Sequence record: OZ035822.1
From: Vectrevirus PDP21P6
Strand: one strand, 5' to 3'
Length of the DNA stretch: 44,789 bases
Part shown: positions 26,127 to 34,334 of the stretch, piece after piece
How positions within the stretch are numbered: the first letter of the stretch is position 1
How the letters are laid out: each line of letters begins with the position of its first letter
Made by a program: the position numbers and the translations under genes
Notes under the pieces: model-generated
Seen by the model: only the letters and a program-made list of their open reading frames with translations
Databases searched by the model: none
Told to the model about the DNA's origin: nothing

Positions 26127-27133
26127 TGGGTAAGATTCGAAACTTGTTTACTAATAAGGAGGTAGAAGAAGCAGTTGAAAGTGCAAAGCGGGACAACGGC
26201 ACTATCAACTATCGCCTAATGGCGTCTATTCTCTCAGATAACACGCATGGAACTACAGTTACAAGACAACTTGCAAAGTATTGGGCCAAACAGTTTGAAA
26301 AGCGGAAGAAGAATGGCGAGGCTTATGAAACCTTGGCTATTGCGAACCGCGCTATCAAAGAAGAACGTAAGCTCAGGACTCCTGACCGCTACGAGGATTT
26401 GGCTATTGTACCATTGCCTGACTCGCCTCATCGAAGTGTACTGGTAATACCTGACACCCATGCACCTTATGAGCATCCAGATACATTAGAGTTTCTGGCA
26501 GCGGTGGCAGCACGTTACCGTCCAGACACTGTAGTTCATCTTGGTGATGAGGCGGACAAGCACGCACTTTCATTCCATACGTCAGATCCTAATCTGGATT
26601 CTGCTGGTATGGAGTTAGAGAAGGCTCGTATCTTCATGCGTAAATTACATAAGATGTTCCCTGTAATGCGCATCTGCCACTCTAATCATGGCTCCTTACA
26701 TTTCCGTAAGGCCAGTGCTCATGGCATCCCTGTGCAATACTTGCGCACCTACCGTGAAGTCTTCTTCCCGCAGGGAGGTGGCGACCAGTGGGACTGGCAG
26801 CATACGCATGTCCTTGAGTTACCTAATGGAGAACAGGTGGCATTCAAGCATCAACCTGCTGGTTCTGTCCTAGCAGATGCAGCACACGAGCGTATGAACC
26901 TTGTGTGTGGTCATTTGCATGGTAAGATGTCTGTTGAGTATGCACGTAATACACATGAACAGTATTGGGCTGTGCAAGGTGGCTGTCTGATTGATGAGTC
27001 ATCTCGTGCATTTGCCTATGGTCGTGAGTCTAAATACAAGCCAGCATTAGGTTGTGTGGTCATTCTGGAAGGTGTGCCTCATATTGTCCCGATGCAAACC
27101 AATAGCAACAATCGCTGGATTGGTAAGATTTAG
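26126..27133 (+). CDS. calcineurin-like metallophosphoesterase
   Basis: motifs VIPDTHAPY, GDEADKH, SNHG, GHLHG; ATG overlaps upstream stop. Confidence 0.75.
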   Translation: MGKIRNLFTNKEVEEAVESAKRDNGTINYRLMASILSDNTHGTTVTRQLAKYWAKQFEKRKKNGEAYETLAIANRAIKEERKLRTPDRYEDLAIVPLPDSPHRSVLVIPDTHAPYEHPDTLEFLAAVAARYRPDTVVHLGDEADKHALSFHTSDPNLDSAGMELEKARIFMRKLHKMFPVMRICHSNHGSLHFRKASAHGIPVQYLRTYREVFFPQGGGDQWDWQHTHVLELPNGEQVAFKHQPAGSVLADAAHERMNLVCGHLHGKMSVEYARNTHEQYWAVQGGCLIDESSRAFAYGRESKYKPALGCVVILEGVPHIVPMQTNSNNRWIGKI

Positions 27134-27150
27134 TTGACACTATAGAACAA
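27128..27150 (+). promoter_or_regulatory. phage RNAP promoter (variant, closer to SP6 consensus)
   Basis: ATTTAGTTGACACTATAGAACAA, +1 G at 27145; followed by hairpin 27151-27172 and TGATTGTGTAGTG box. Confidence 0.5.
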
Positions 27151-27201
27151 AGGGCAGGTACTAGCTTGCCCTTGATTGTGTAGTGAATGGAGGAATTAAT
27201 T

Positions 27202-27672
27202 ATGTCAAAGATTGATATTGGCGAATACGTCGTACGCCGTGCAGCTTACCGAGATGCCAACTGGAATAAACTGTGTGAAAGCTTAAACAAGAAACCAGAT
27301 GAGGTATTCAAAGTATCCCGTGCAGAACCTAATTATAACTCTATCATGTTAGAAGGTGTGGAGAAGCGCGAATGGTATGCACCTTACTTCAAGGTTGTTG
27401 ACTCATTGCAAGGTGAAGATCCTGACACGTTGGACAACAATATGGTTACTAAACCCAAACACTACGAGTTCTTCGATGGCGTAGAAGCAATCACTATCAT
27501 TGCCCGCAGCATGACTGAGAAGCAATTCGCTGGGTACTGCATGGGTAATGCTTTGAAGTATCGTCTGCGTGCAGGTAAGAAGTTCAATACTGAAGAAGAC
27601 CTGAAGAAAGCAGACTACTACAAAGAATTATTCCATAAGCATCGTCACGAATGTATTGATGAGGATATTTAA
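27202..27672 (+). CDS. hypothetical protein
   Basis: ATG 27202 with GGAGGA RBS; 156 aa; conserved-looking segment GYCMGNALKYRLRAGKK. Confidence 0.5.
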   Translation: MSKIDIGEYVVRRAAYRDANWNKLCESLNKKPDEVFKVSRAEPNYNSIMLEGVEKREWYAPYFKVVDSLQGEDPDTLDNNMVTKPKHYEFFDGVEAITIIARSMTEKQFAGYCMGNALKYRLRAGKKFNTEEDLKKADYYKELFHKHRHECIDEDI

Positions 27673-27673
27673 T

Positions 27674-27847
27674 ATGGAAGGTAAGTTGTATAGAGGTTAC
27701 TTTGGTAACTTATATAAGATAAGTGCTCGCGGTTTTGTATTAGTATCTTATGATGAAGGTGCAATGTGGCACTTAAGTTCCTATGGTTCTGACTTAGCAT
27801 TCTTTAAAGATGCAATATACTCTGGTGCTGTGAGGGTAGTGGAATGA
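27674..27847 (+). CDS. hypothetical protein
   Basis: 57-aa ORF with GAGGAT RBS, stop overlaps ligase start. Confidence 0.4.
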   Translation: MEGKLYRGYFGNLYKISARGFVLVSYDEGAMWHLSSYGSDLAFFKDAIYSGAVRVVE

Positions 27848-28791
27848 ACATCTTCCAATTTCTAGGTCTTCCAGAAGAACACCGCAATCACCCGTTCATG
27901 CTGGTGAAACATCGCGGTGAAGTTCCTGAGAAGAAATTAACCTTTCCATGTTATGCACAGGTGAAACGAGATGGAATATTCAGTGCTGTTGTGGTGCGTA
28001 ATGATGGTGTTGTTGCCATCTTTGGTCGTACTGGTAAGAAGCTCGCAAATGTTGAAGCCTTGGAAAAGACATTTAGTGTATTTCCTGTCGGGTTGTATCT
28101 TGGTGAGTTGCAATCTATGGCTGTTGATGTTTATCTTGAAGCTCTGTCAGGAGTGGTAAACCCTAATCGTACAGAGCCACTTGACTTCATAGGCCAGCAG
28201 ATTAAAGACAACCTGTATATCGACTTCTTCGATATGTTAACTATTAAGGCATTCCATGATGGATTCACTGATGTTTCTTATCTCAAACGTTACGATGCTT
28301 TACATCGTCGCATCGGCGCTCATCTTAGCGGGTACAACGCTATCCTTCCTATTACTCCTTGCCATAATGAGCGAGAAGTTGAAGCGTTTGCGCAAGAGCA
28401 GATAGACGCAGGCCGAGAGGGTGCTGTATTCAAACTGGACTGCGATTATGAAGCAGGCCACAAAGGTTATCGTCAGACTAAAGAAGTCCGTAAGGTAACT
28501 TATGACCTTACTTGTATTGGCTTTGAAGAAGGTAAAGGTAAGTACAAAGGTAAGGTAGCTAACCTCATTTTCAAATGGAAAGGAGGCAAGACAATCAAAG
28601 CTATGTTAGGTAAAGGGTGGACTCATGCAGATGCAGAACAGATGTTCCACGACATTAAACATGGTGGACGATTGAATGTCATTGGTAAAATCTTTGAAGT
28701 CAAAGGTCTTCAGGATTCAAGCAAGGGCAACATTCGTCTGCCCAAAGCGGGAGAATTAAGACATGACAAAGATGAACCAGATTTCTTTTGA
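27844..28791 (+). CDS. ATP-dependent DNA ligase
   Basis: adenylation motif I KRDG in CYAQVKRDGIFSAVV; 315 aa. Confidence 0.85.
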   Translation: MNIFQFLGLPEEHRNHPFMLVKHRGEVPEKKLTFPCYAQVKRDGIFSAVVVRNDGVVAIFGRTGKKLANVEALEKTFSVFPVGLYLGELQSMAVDVYLEALSGVVNPNRTEPLDFIGQQIKDNLYIDFFDMLTIKAFHDGFTDVSYLKRYDALHRRIGAHLSGYNAILPITPCHNEREVEAFAQEQIDAGREGAVFKLDCDYEAGHKGYRQTKEVRKVTYDLTCIGFEEGKGKYKGKVANLIFKWKGGKTIKAMLGKGWTHADAEQMFHDIKHGGRLNVIGKIFEVKGLQDSSKGNIRLPKAGELRHDKDEPDFF

Positions 28792-28978
28792 TAGCATGAA
28801 GGCAACTCGTGCAGTTGAGGTAGCAGAAGCTATCTTTGAAACTTTATCCTGTGGCATGGAAGTGCCATATACTTTACTTGCTGATGCAGAAGAACTTGGT
28901 CTTTCTGTAGAAGCTATCCAAGAGAAGGTTGACGAATTATATGGTACAGACGAAGAAGAAACCGACGATTTCATTTGA
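28763..28978 (+). CDS. hypothetical acidic protein
   Basis: 71-aa acidic ORF with GGGAG RBS; overlaps ligase 3' end. Confidence 0.35.
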   Translation: MTKMNQISFDSMKATRAVEVAEAIFETLSCGMEVPYTLLADAEELGLSVEAIQEKVDELYGTDEEETDDFI

Positions 28979-28988
28979 AGGAATGGAG

Positions 28989-29111
28989 ATGCTTGAGATG
29001 ATTCTCAAGCCTTCTTCTCCGAAGGTGACTAAGACTCATGAAGAGTTAATCGTTGATGAAGTGAAGCGTTACATCATGGATTGTGTCAGAGCACAACTGG
29101 TGGTCCAATGA
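28989..29111 (+). CDS. hypothetical small protein
   Basis: 40-aa ORF with AAGGA RBS; stop overlaps GNAT start. Confidence 0.25.
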   Translation: MLEMILKPSSPKVTKTHEELIVDEVKRYIMDCVRAQLVVQ

Positions 29112-29569
29112 TACGTCCAGCTTCCTTCCTAGATATTCCTGAGATTATAAACCTTGGGAATAAATATGTGGAAGAGGAAGTCAAGGTTGTAGCCCACCAC
29201 TCAGCCTCATGGAATGCAGAACAAAGTGCACATAACCTTTGTGCATCTCTTAGTAGAGAAGATTTATTCCTATGGGTTGCTGTAGATGAAGGGCAGATTG
29301 TAGGGTTCCTGTGGGCTGGCTATCACGAGTTGGCCCCTTGGACACCTGTAAGAGTTGCCTCTGACATTCTCTTTTATATTATACCAGAGAGGCGAGGAAC
29401 ACTTCTTGGTATGCGTCTCATCAAAGCCCTAAAGCAATGGGCTAGTGATAATGAATGCTCTGAGGTTCGCCTGTCTATCGCCTCTGGTATTAATGAAGAA
29501 CGTGTCGGACGTATGTATAAGCGACTTGGCTTTGAACCGTTTGGCACTGTGTATAACATGAAGTTCTAA
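29108..29569 (+). CDS. GNAT-family N-acetyltransferase
   Basis: acetyl-CoA binding motifs RRGTLLGMRLIKAL and ERVGRMYKRLGFEP; 153 aa. Confidence 0.7.
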   Translation: MIRPASFLDIPEIINLGNKYVEEEVKVVAHHSASWNAEQSAHNLCASLSREDLFLWVAVDEGQIVGFLWAGYHELAPWTPVRVASDILFYIIPERRGTLLGMRLIKALKQWASDNECSEVRLSIASGINEERVGRMYKRLGFEPFGTVYNMKF

Positions 29570-29578
29570 GGAGATAAC

Positions 29579-29788
29579 ATGGGTGTTGTAAAGAAAGCAT
29601 TTAAGGCTATCGGTCTTGCTCAAGATGCACCACGTATTGAAGCCAAAGTACCAGCACAGCAGCTTGAGCGTAAGCCCGAGACTGAAGCTGAAGATATTCA
29701 GATTGGTGCAGGAGATGATGATGCGACTGCATCTGCAAAAGGTAAGCGCGGCCTTGTCCGTCCGGTAGCTTCTAGCTTGAAGGTGTAA
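29579..29788 (+). CDS. hypothetical protein upstream of portal
   Basis: 69-aa ORF with AAGGAG RBS. Confidence 0.45.
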   Translation: MGVVKKAFKAIGLAQDAPRIEAKVPAQQLERKPETEAEDIQIGAGDDDATASAKGKRGLVRPVASSLKV

Positions 29789-29789
29789 T

Positions 29790-31340
29790 ATGAAACAGAG
29801 CACAGATTTGGAGTACGGAGGTAAGCGGTCTAAGATACCTAAGCTATGGGAGAAGTTCTCCACTAAACGTAGCTCTTTCCTTGATAGGGCGAAGCATTAC
29901 TCCAAATTAACCTTGCCCTATCTGATGAATGACAAAGGTGATAACGAGACTTCGCAGAATGGATGGCAAGGTGTAGGTGCTCAGGCAACTAATCATCTAG
30001 CCAACAAGCTAGCGCAAGTACTATTCCCTGCACAGCGTTCCTTCTTCCGTGTAGACTTAACTGCACAAGGTGAGAAGGTTCTTAATCAGCGTGGCCTGAA
30101 GAAGACAGAGCTAGCTACCATCTTCGCTCAAGTGGAAACACGGGCAATGAAAGAGTTAGAGCAACGTCAATTCCGGCCTGCTGTAGTGGAAGCATTCAAG
30201 CATCTTATTGTTGCTGGTAGCTGTATGCTATACAAGCCGAGCAAAGGTGCAATCAGTGCTATCCCAATGCATCACTATGTAGTTAACCGTGATACCAATG
30301 GCGACCTGTTAGACATTATCTTACTGCAAGAGAAAGCCTTACGCACCTTTGACCCAGCTACACGTGCTGTAGTAGAGGTTGGCCTGAAAGGTAAGAAGTG
30401 CAAGGAAGATGACAGCGTTAAGCTGTACACACATGCTAAGTATCTTGGTGATGGATTTTGGGAACTCAAGCAATCTGCTGATGATATCCCTGTGGGTAAG
30501 GTGAGTAAAATCAAATCAGAAAAGCTACCTTTCATCCCATTAACTTGGAAGCGAAGCTATGGTGAGGATTGGGGTCGCCCTCTTGCAGAGGATTACTCCG
30601 GTGATTTATTCGTTATCCAATTCTTATCTGAAGCGGTTGCCCGTGGTGCTGCGCTGATGGCAGATATCAAGTACCTGATTCGTCCGGGTGCTCAAACTGA
30701 TGTTGACCACTTTGTTAACTCTGGCACTGGTGAGGTTGTCACTGGTGTAGAAGAAGACATCCATATTGTACAGTTAGGTAAGTATGCAGACCTCACACCT
30801 ATTAGCGCGGTTCTAGAGGTATACACTCGCCGTATCGGTGTTGTCTTCATGATGGAGACAATGACACGCCGTGACGCCGAACGTGTTACTGCTGTAGAAA
30901 TCCAGCGAGATGCGTTAGAGATTGAGCAGAACATGGGTGGTGTATACTCCCTCTTTGCTACTACTATGCAATCGCCAGTAGCGATGTGGGGTCTGCTGGA
31001 GGCAGGGGAGTCCTTCACTAGTGACTTAGTGGACCCTGTGATTATCACAGGTATTGAAGCTTTAGGGCGCATGGCTGAGTTGGATAAACTGGCTAACTTT
31101 GCTCAGTATATGTCACTGCCATTACAATGGCCTGAGCCTGTCCTAGCTGCTGTGAAATGGCCTGACTATATGGATTGGGTGCGTGGTCAAATCTCTGCTG
31201 AACTGCCGTTCCTTAAATCGGCTAAAGAGATGGCACAAGAACAGGAGGCACAGGTGCAAGCACAGCAAGCACAGATGCTTGAAGAAGGTGTGGCTAAGGC
31301 CGTGCCGGGTGTAATTCAACAAGAACTTAAGGAGGCGTAA
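29790..31340 (+). CDS. head-to-tail connector (portal) protein
   Basis: 516 aa; N-terminal region NGWQGVGAQATNHLANKLAQVLFP resembles T7 gp8; precedes scaffold and capsid. Confidence 0.9.
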   Translation: MKQSTDLEYGGKRSKIPKLWEKFSTKRSSFLDRAKHYSKLTLPYLMNDKGDNETSQNGWQGVGAQATNHLANKLAQVLFPAQRSFFRVDLTAQGEKVLNQRGLKKTELATIFAQVETRAMKELEQRQFRPAVVEAFKHLIVAGSCMLYKPSKGAISAIPMHHYVVNRDTNGDLLDIILLQEKALRTFDPATRAVVEVGLKGKKCKEDDSVKLYTHAKYLGDGFWELKQSADDIPVGKVSKIKSEKLPFIPLTWKRSYGEDWGRPLAEDYSGDLFVIQFLSEAVARGAALMADIKYLIRPGAQTDVDHFVNSGTGEVVTGVEEDIHIVQLGKYADLTPISAVLEVYTRRIGVVFMMETMTRRDAERVTAVEIQRDALEIEQNMGGVYSLFATTMQSPVAMWGLLEAGESFTSDLVDPVIITGIEALGRMAELDKLANFAQYMSLPLQWPEPVLAAVKWPDYMDWVRGQISAELPFLKSAKEMAQEQEAQVQAQQAQMLEEGVAKAVPGVIQQELKEA

Positions 31341-32260
31341 TGTCTTTCTCATTTACTGAACCGTCAACCACTCACCCTACTGCTGAAGAGGGTCCGGTAG
31401 AAACCAAGGAGGTAACAACTGATGCTGCTACTACTGATGCTCCTGCTGACGCTGGCACTGCTGTACAAGATGACAATGCTGGTGCACAACCTACTGAAGA
31501 CACCGGAGGAGAAGCTTCTGGACAGCCTTCAGAAAAAGGAGACAATGGCGGAGAGAATGGTGAACCTAAGCCAGATGATACCGCGACCGACACTGAGGAA
31601 GTGCAATACTTCTTCGGAGAACATGAAGTAACAGTAGACATCCCACAGGATGTAACTGACAGCCTTAAAGAGAAAGGCATTGATGCCAAGCAGGTTGCCA
31701 AGGAACTCTATTCCAAAGGTGGCAAGTTTGAACTGTCAGATGCAACCAAGCAGAAATTGTATGATGCTTTTGGCAAGTTTGCGGTAGATGCTTACCTGTC
31801 AGGTCTTAAGGCTCAAAATGAAGCCTTCTTCCTGAAAGAAGCCAACGCAGCTAAAGAGTTGGAAGCAGCTAACACCCAACGCTTCTCTGATGTTTCTAAG
31901 GAAATTGGTGGCGAAGAAGGTTGGTCCCGTCTTGAGGAGTGGGCGCTTGAAACTCTATCCGATGACGAACTCACGGCATTCAATGCGGTGATGGAGTCTG
32001 GCAACCAGTACCTCCAGCAGTACGCTGTGCGTGAACTGGAGAGCCGCCGTAAGGCTGCACAGGGTGATGACAAACCAAACCTGATTGAACCCTCTGCACC
32101 TGCTGCTGCATCTGAAGATAATGGCCCACTCTCTCGTGAGCAGTACCTGCGTGAGATGATGACTCTTAGCTCTCGCTTCGGTACAGACAAGAAAGCTGCT
32201 GCTGAGTATCAGGCTAAACTGGATGCTCGCCGTCGTGCTGGTATGGCTCGCGGTCTGTAA
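31340..32260 (+). CDS. capsid assembly scaffolding protein
   Basis: 306-aa acidic protein between portal and capsid genes (T7 gp9 position). Confidence 0.75.
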   Translation: MSFSFTEPSTTHPTAEEGPVETKEVTTDAATTDAPADAGTAVQDDNAGAQPTEDTGGEASGQPSEKGDNGGENGEPKPDDTATDTEEVQYFFGEHEVTVDIPQDVTDSLKEKGIDAKQVAKELYSKGGKFELSDATKQKLYDAFGKFAVDAYLSGLKAQNEAFFLKEANAAKELEAANTQRFSDVSKEIGGEEGWSRLEEWALETLSDDELTAFNAVMESGNQYLQQYAVRELESRRKAAQGDDKPNLIEPSAPAAASEDNGPLSREQYLREMMTLSSRFGTDKKAAAEYQAKLDARRRAGMARGL

Positions 32261-32266
32261 TCAGTA

Positions 32267-32289
32267 TTTACTGGACACTATAGAAGGGA
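32267..32289 (+). promoter_or_regulatory. phage RNAP promoter for capsid gene
   Basis: ATTTACTGGACACTATAGAAGGG, +1 G at 32283. Confidence 0.75.
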
Positions 32290-32301
32290 GAAATGTCTCC
32301 C
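32286..32301 (+). promoter_or_regulatory. 5'-terminal leader stem-loop of capsid mRNA
   Basis: GGGAGA-aatg-TCTCCC at +4 to +19 of the predicted transcript. Confidence 0.45.
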
Positions 32302-32336
32302 TGAATTATCAATTTGATTTATAAGGAGGTTTATTA

Positions 32337-33542
32337 ATGAGCACCCCGAATAACCTGACCAACGTTGCAGTCTCCTCTTCCGGCGAGGTAGACAGCCTTC
32401 TCATTGAGAAATTCAATGGCAAGGTAAATGAGCAGTACCTGAAGGGTGAGAACATCATGTCCTACTTTGATGTTCAGACTGTTACTGGTACTAACACTGT
32501 AAGCAACAAATATTTGGGTGAAACCGAGTTGCAGGTTCTGGCACCGGGACAGTCTCCGGCTGCAACTTCTACTCAGGCCGATAAAAACCAACTGGTAATC
32601 GATGCCACTGTTATTGCTCGTAACACGGTTGCTCACCTGCATGATGTACAGGGTGACATTGATAGCCTGAAGCCGAAGCTGGCTACTAACCAAGCTAAGC
32701 AGCTTAAGAAGATGGAAGATGAAATGCTGATTCAGCAGATGCTGCTGGGCGGTATTGCTAACACTCAGGCTAAGCGTACTAATCCGCGTGTTAAAGGCCA
32801 TGGCTTCTCTGTCAACGTAGAAGTTGCAGAAAGTGAAGCGCTGGTCAACCCGCAGTATGTAATGGCGGCTGTAGAGTTTGCTCTTGAGCAGCAGCTTGAG
32901 CAGGAAGTAGACATCTCTGATGTAGCTATCCTGATGCCGTGGCGCTACTTCAACGTACTGCGTGATGCAGACCGTATCGTTGACAAGAGCTACACCATTA
33001 GCCAGTCTGGTGCAACCATTCAGGGTTTTGTTCTGTCTTCTTACAACTGCCCTGTTATCCCGTCTAACCGCTTCCCTAAATTCTCTGCTGGTCAGAAACA
33101 TCACCTGCTGTCAAATGAAGACAACGGTTATCGTTATGACCCGACTGCAGAAATGAATGGCGCTATCGCTGTACTGTTCACCGCTGATGCGCTGCTGGTT
33201 GGTCGTTCTATTGATGTTACTGGCGATATCTTCTATGAGAAGAAAGAGAAGACCTACTACATTGATACTTTCATGTCTGAAGGTGCAATCCCTGATCGTT
33301 GGGAAGCAGTGTCTGTTGTGACAACTAAGCGTAACTCATCTACTGGTGATGCTGAGGGTACTGATGGAGCACAGCACACTCAAGTTCTTAACCGTGCACA
33401 GCGCAAAGCTGTATACGTCAAGAATGCTGCTCCGGCAGGTGCTGCCGCTGCTGCTAGTCTGTCTGCTGAAGACTTAGTTGCTGCTGTCCGTGCTGTCATG
33501 GCAAATGACATTAAGCCGACTGCAATGAAACCTGCTGAGTAA
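32337..33542 (+). CDS. major capsid protein
   Basis: 401 aa, AAGGAGG RBS, strong promoter upstream and T-phi-like terminator downstream. Confidence 0.9.
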   Translation: MSTPNNLTNVAVSSSGEVDSLLIEKFNGKVNEQYLKGENIMSYFDVQTVTGTNTVSNKYLGETELQVLAPGQSPAATSTQADKNQLVIDATVIARNTVAHLHDVQGDIDSLKPKLATNQAKQLKKMEDEMLIQQMLLGGIANTQAKRTNPRVKGHGFSVNVEVAESEALVNPQYVMAAVEFALEQQLEQEVDISDVAILMPWRYFNVLRDADRIVDKSYTISQSGATIQGFVLSSYNCPVIPSNRFPKFSAGQKHHLLSNEDNGYRYDPTAEMNGAIAVLFTADALLVGRSIDVTGDIFYEKKEKTYYIDTFMSEGAIPDRWEAVSVVTTKRNSSTGDAEGTDGAQHTQVLNRAQRKAVYVKNAAPAGAAAAASLSAEDLVAAVRAVMANDIKPTAMKPAE

Positions 33543-33549
33543 TACCTAT

Positions 33550-33583
33550 GCCCTATCTACCTTGCGTAGGTAGGGTTCTTTTT
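33550..33583 (+). terminator. T-phi-like intrinsic terminator after capsid gene
   Basis: CCCTATCTACC-ttgcg-TAGGTAGGG then TTCTTTTT; near-identical design to 24008-24041. Confidence 0.7.
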
Positions 33584-33596
33584 GTTAGGAGGATTC

Positions 33597-34334
33597 ATGC
33601 CTGTAATTAAACAAACCAGTAAAGTAGGACACATGATGGAAGATGTGGCCTTCCAGATTATTGATAGCAAGCTTGAAGCGGTCAACTTGTGTATGCGAGC
33701 TATTGGTCGTGAGGGTGTGGATTCTCTCGACTCAGGCGATCTTGATGCAGAAGATGCAAGTAAGATGATTGATATTGTATCCCAGCGCTTCCAGTATAAT
33801 AAAGGCGGTGGCTGGTGGTTCAATCGTGAACCTAACTGGCAGCTTGCACCAGACACGAACGGTGAGATTAACTTGCCTAATAACTGCCTAGCTGTATTGC
33901 AGTGCTACGCATTGGGTGAGAAGAAAGTGCCTATGACTATGCGTGCAGGTAAGCTTTACTCCACATGGAGTCACACCTTTGATATGCGCAAGCATGTTAA
34001 TGCTAATGGCATGATTCGTCTTACCTTACTCACCTTACTACCCTACGAGCATCTACCTACAAGTGTAATGCAGGCTATTGCCTATCAATCTGCTGTAGAG
34101 TTTATTGTGTCTAAGGATGCAGATCAGACTAAGCTAGCCACTGCGCAGCAGATAGCCACTCAGCTTCTTATGGATGTACAATCTGAGCAAATGTCACAGA
34201 AGCGATTAAACATGCTGGTACATAACCCCACTCAGCGTCAGTTTGGTATCATGGCTGGTGGCTCTCAGAATGTACCTGCTTACTCTCATTCACCTTATGA
34301 AAGTTGGGCGCTCCGTCCGTGGGAGGATCGTTAA
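33597..34334 (+). CDS. tail tubular protein A (gp11-like)
   Basis: ATG 33597 with AGGAGG RBS; 245 aa; conserved position after capsid. Confidence 0.8.
   Translation: MPVIKQTSKVGHMMEDVAFQIIDSKLEAVNLCMRAIGREGVDSLDSGDLDAEDASKMIDIVSQRFQYNKGGGWWFNREPNWQLAPDTNGEINLPNNCLAVLQCYALGEKKVPMTMRAGKLYSTWSHTFDMRKHVNANGMIRLTLLTLLPYEHLPTSVMQAIAYQSAVEFIVSKDADQTKLATAQQIATQLLMDVQSEQMSQKRLNMLVHNPTQRQFGIMAGGSQNVPAYSHSPYESWALRPWEDR

Noticed and set aside
32334-33104. 256-aa reverse-strand ORF inside the major capsid gene
   Set aside because: Antisense to a strongly supported capsid gene with promoter, RBS and terminator; all credible genes in this genome are on the + strand.
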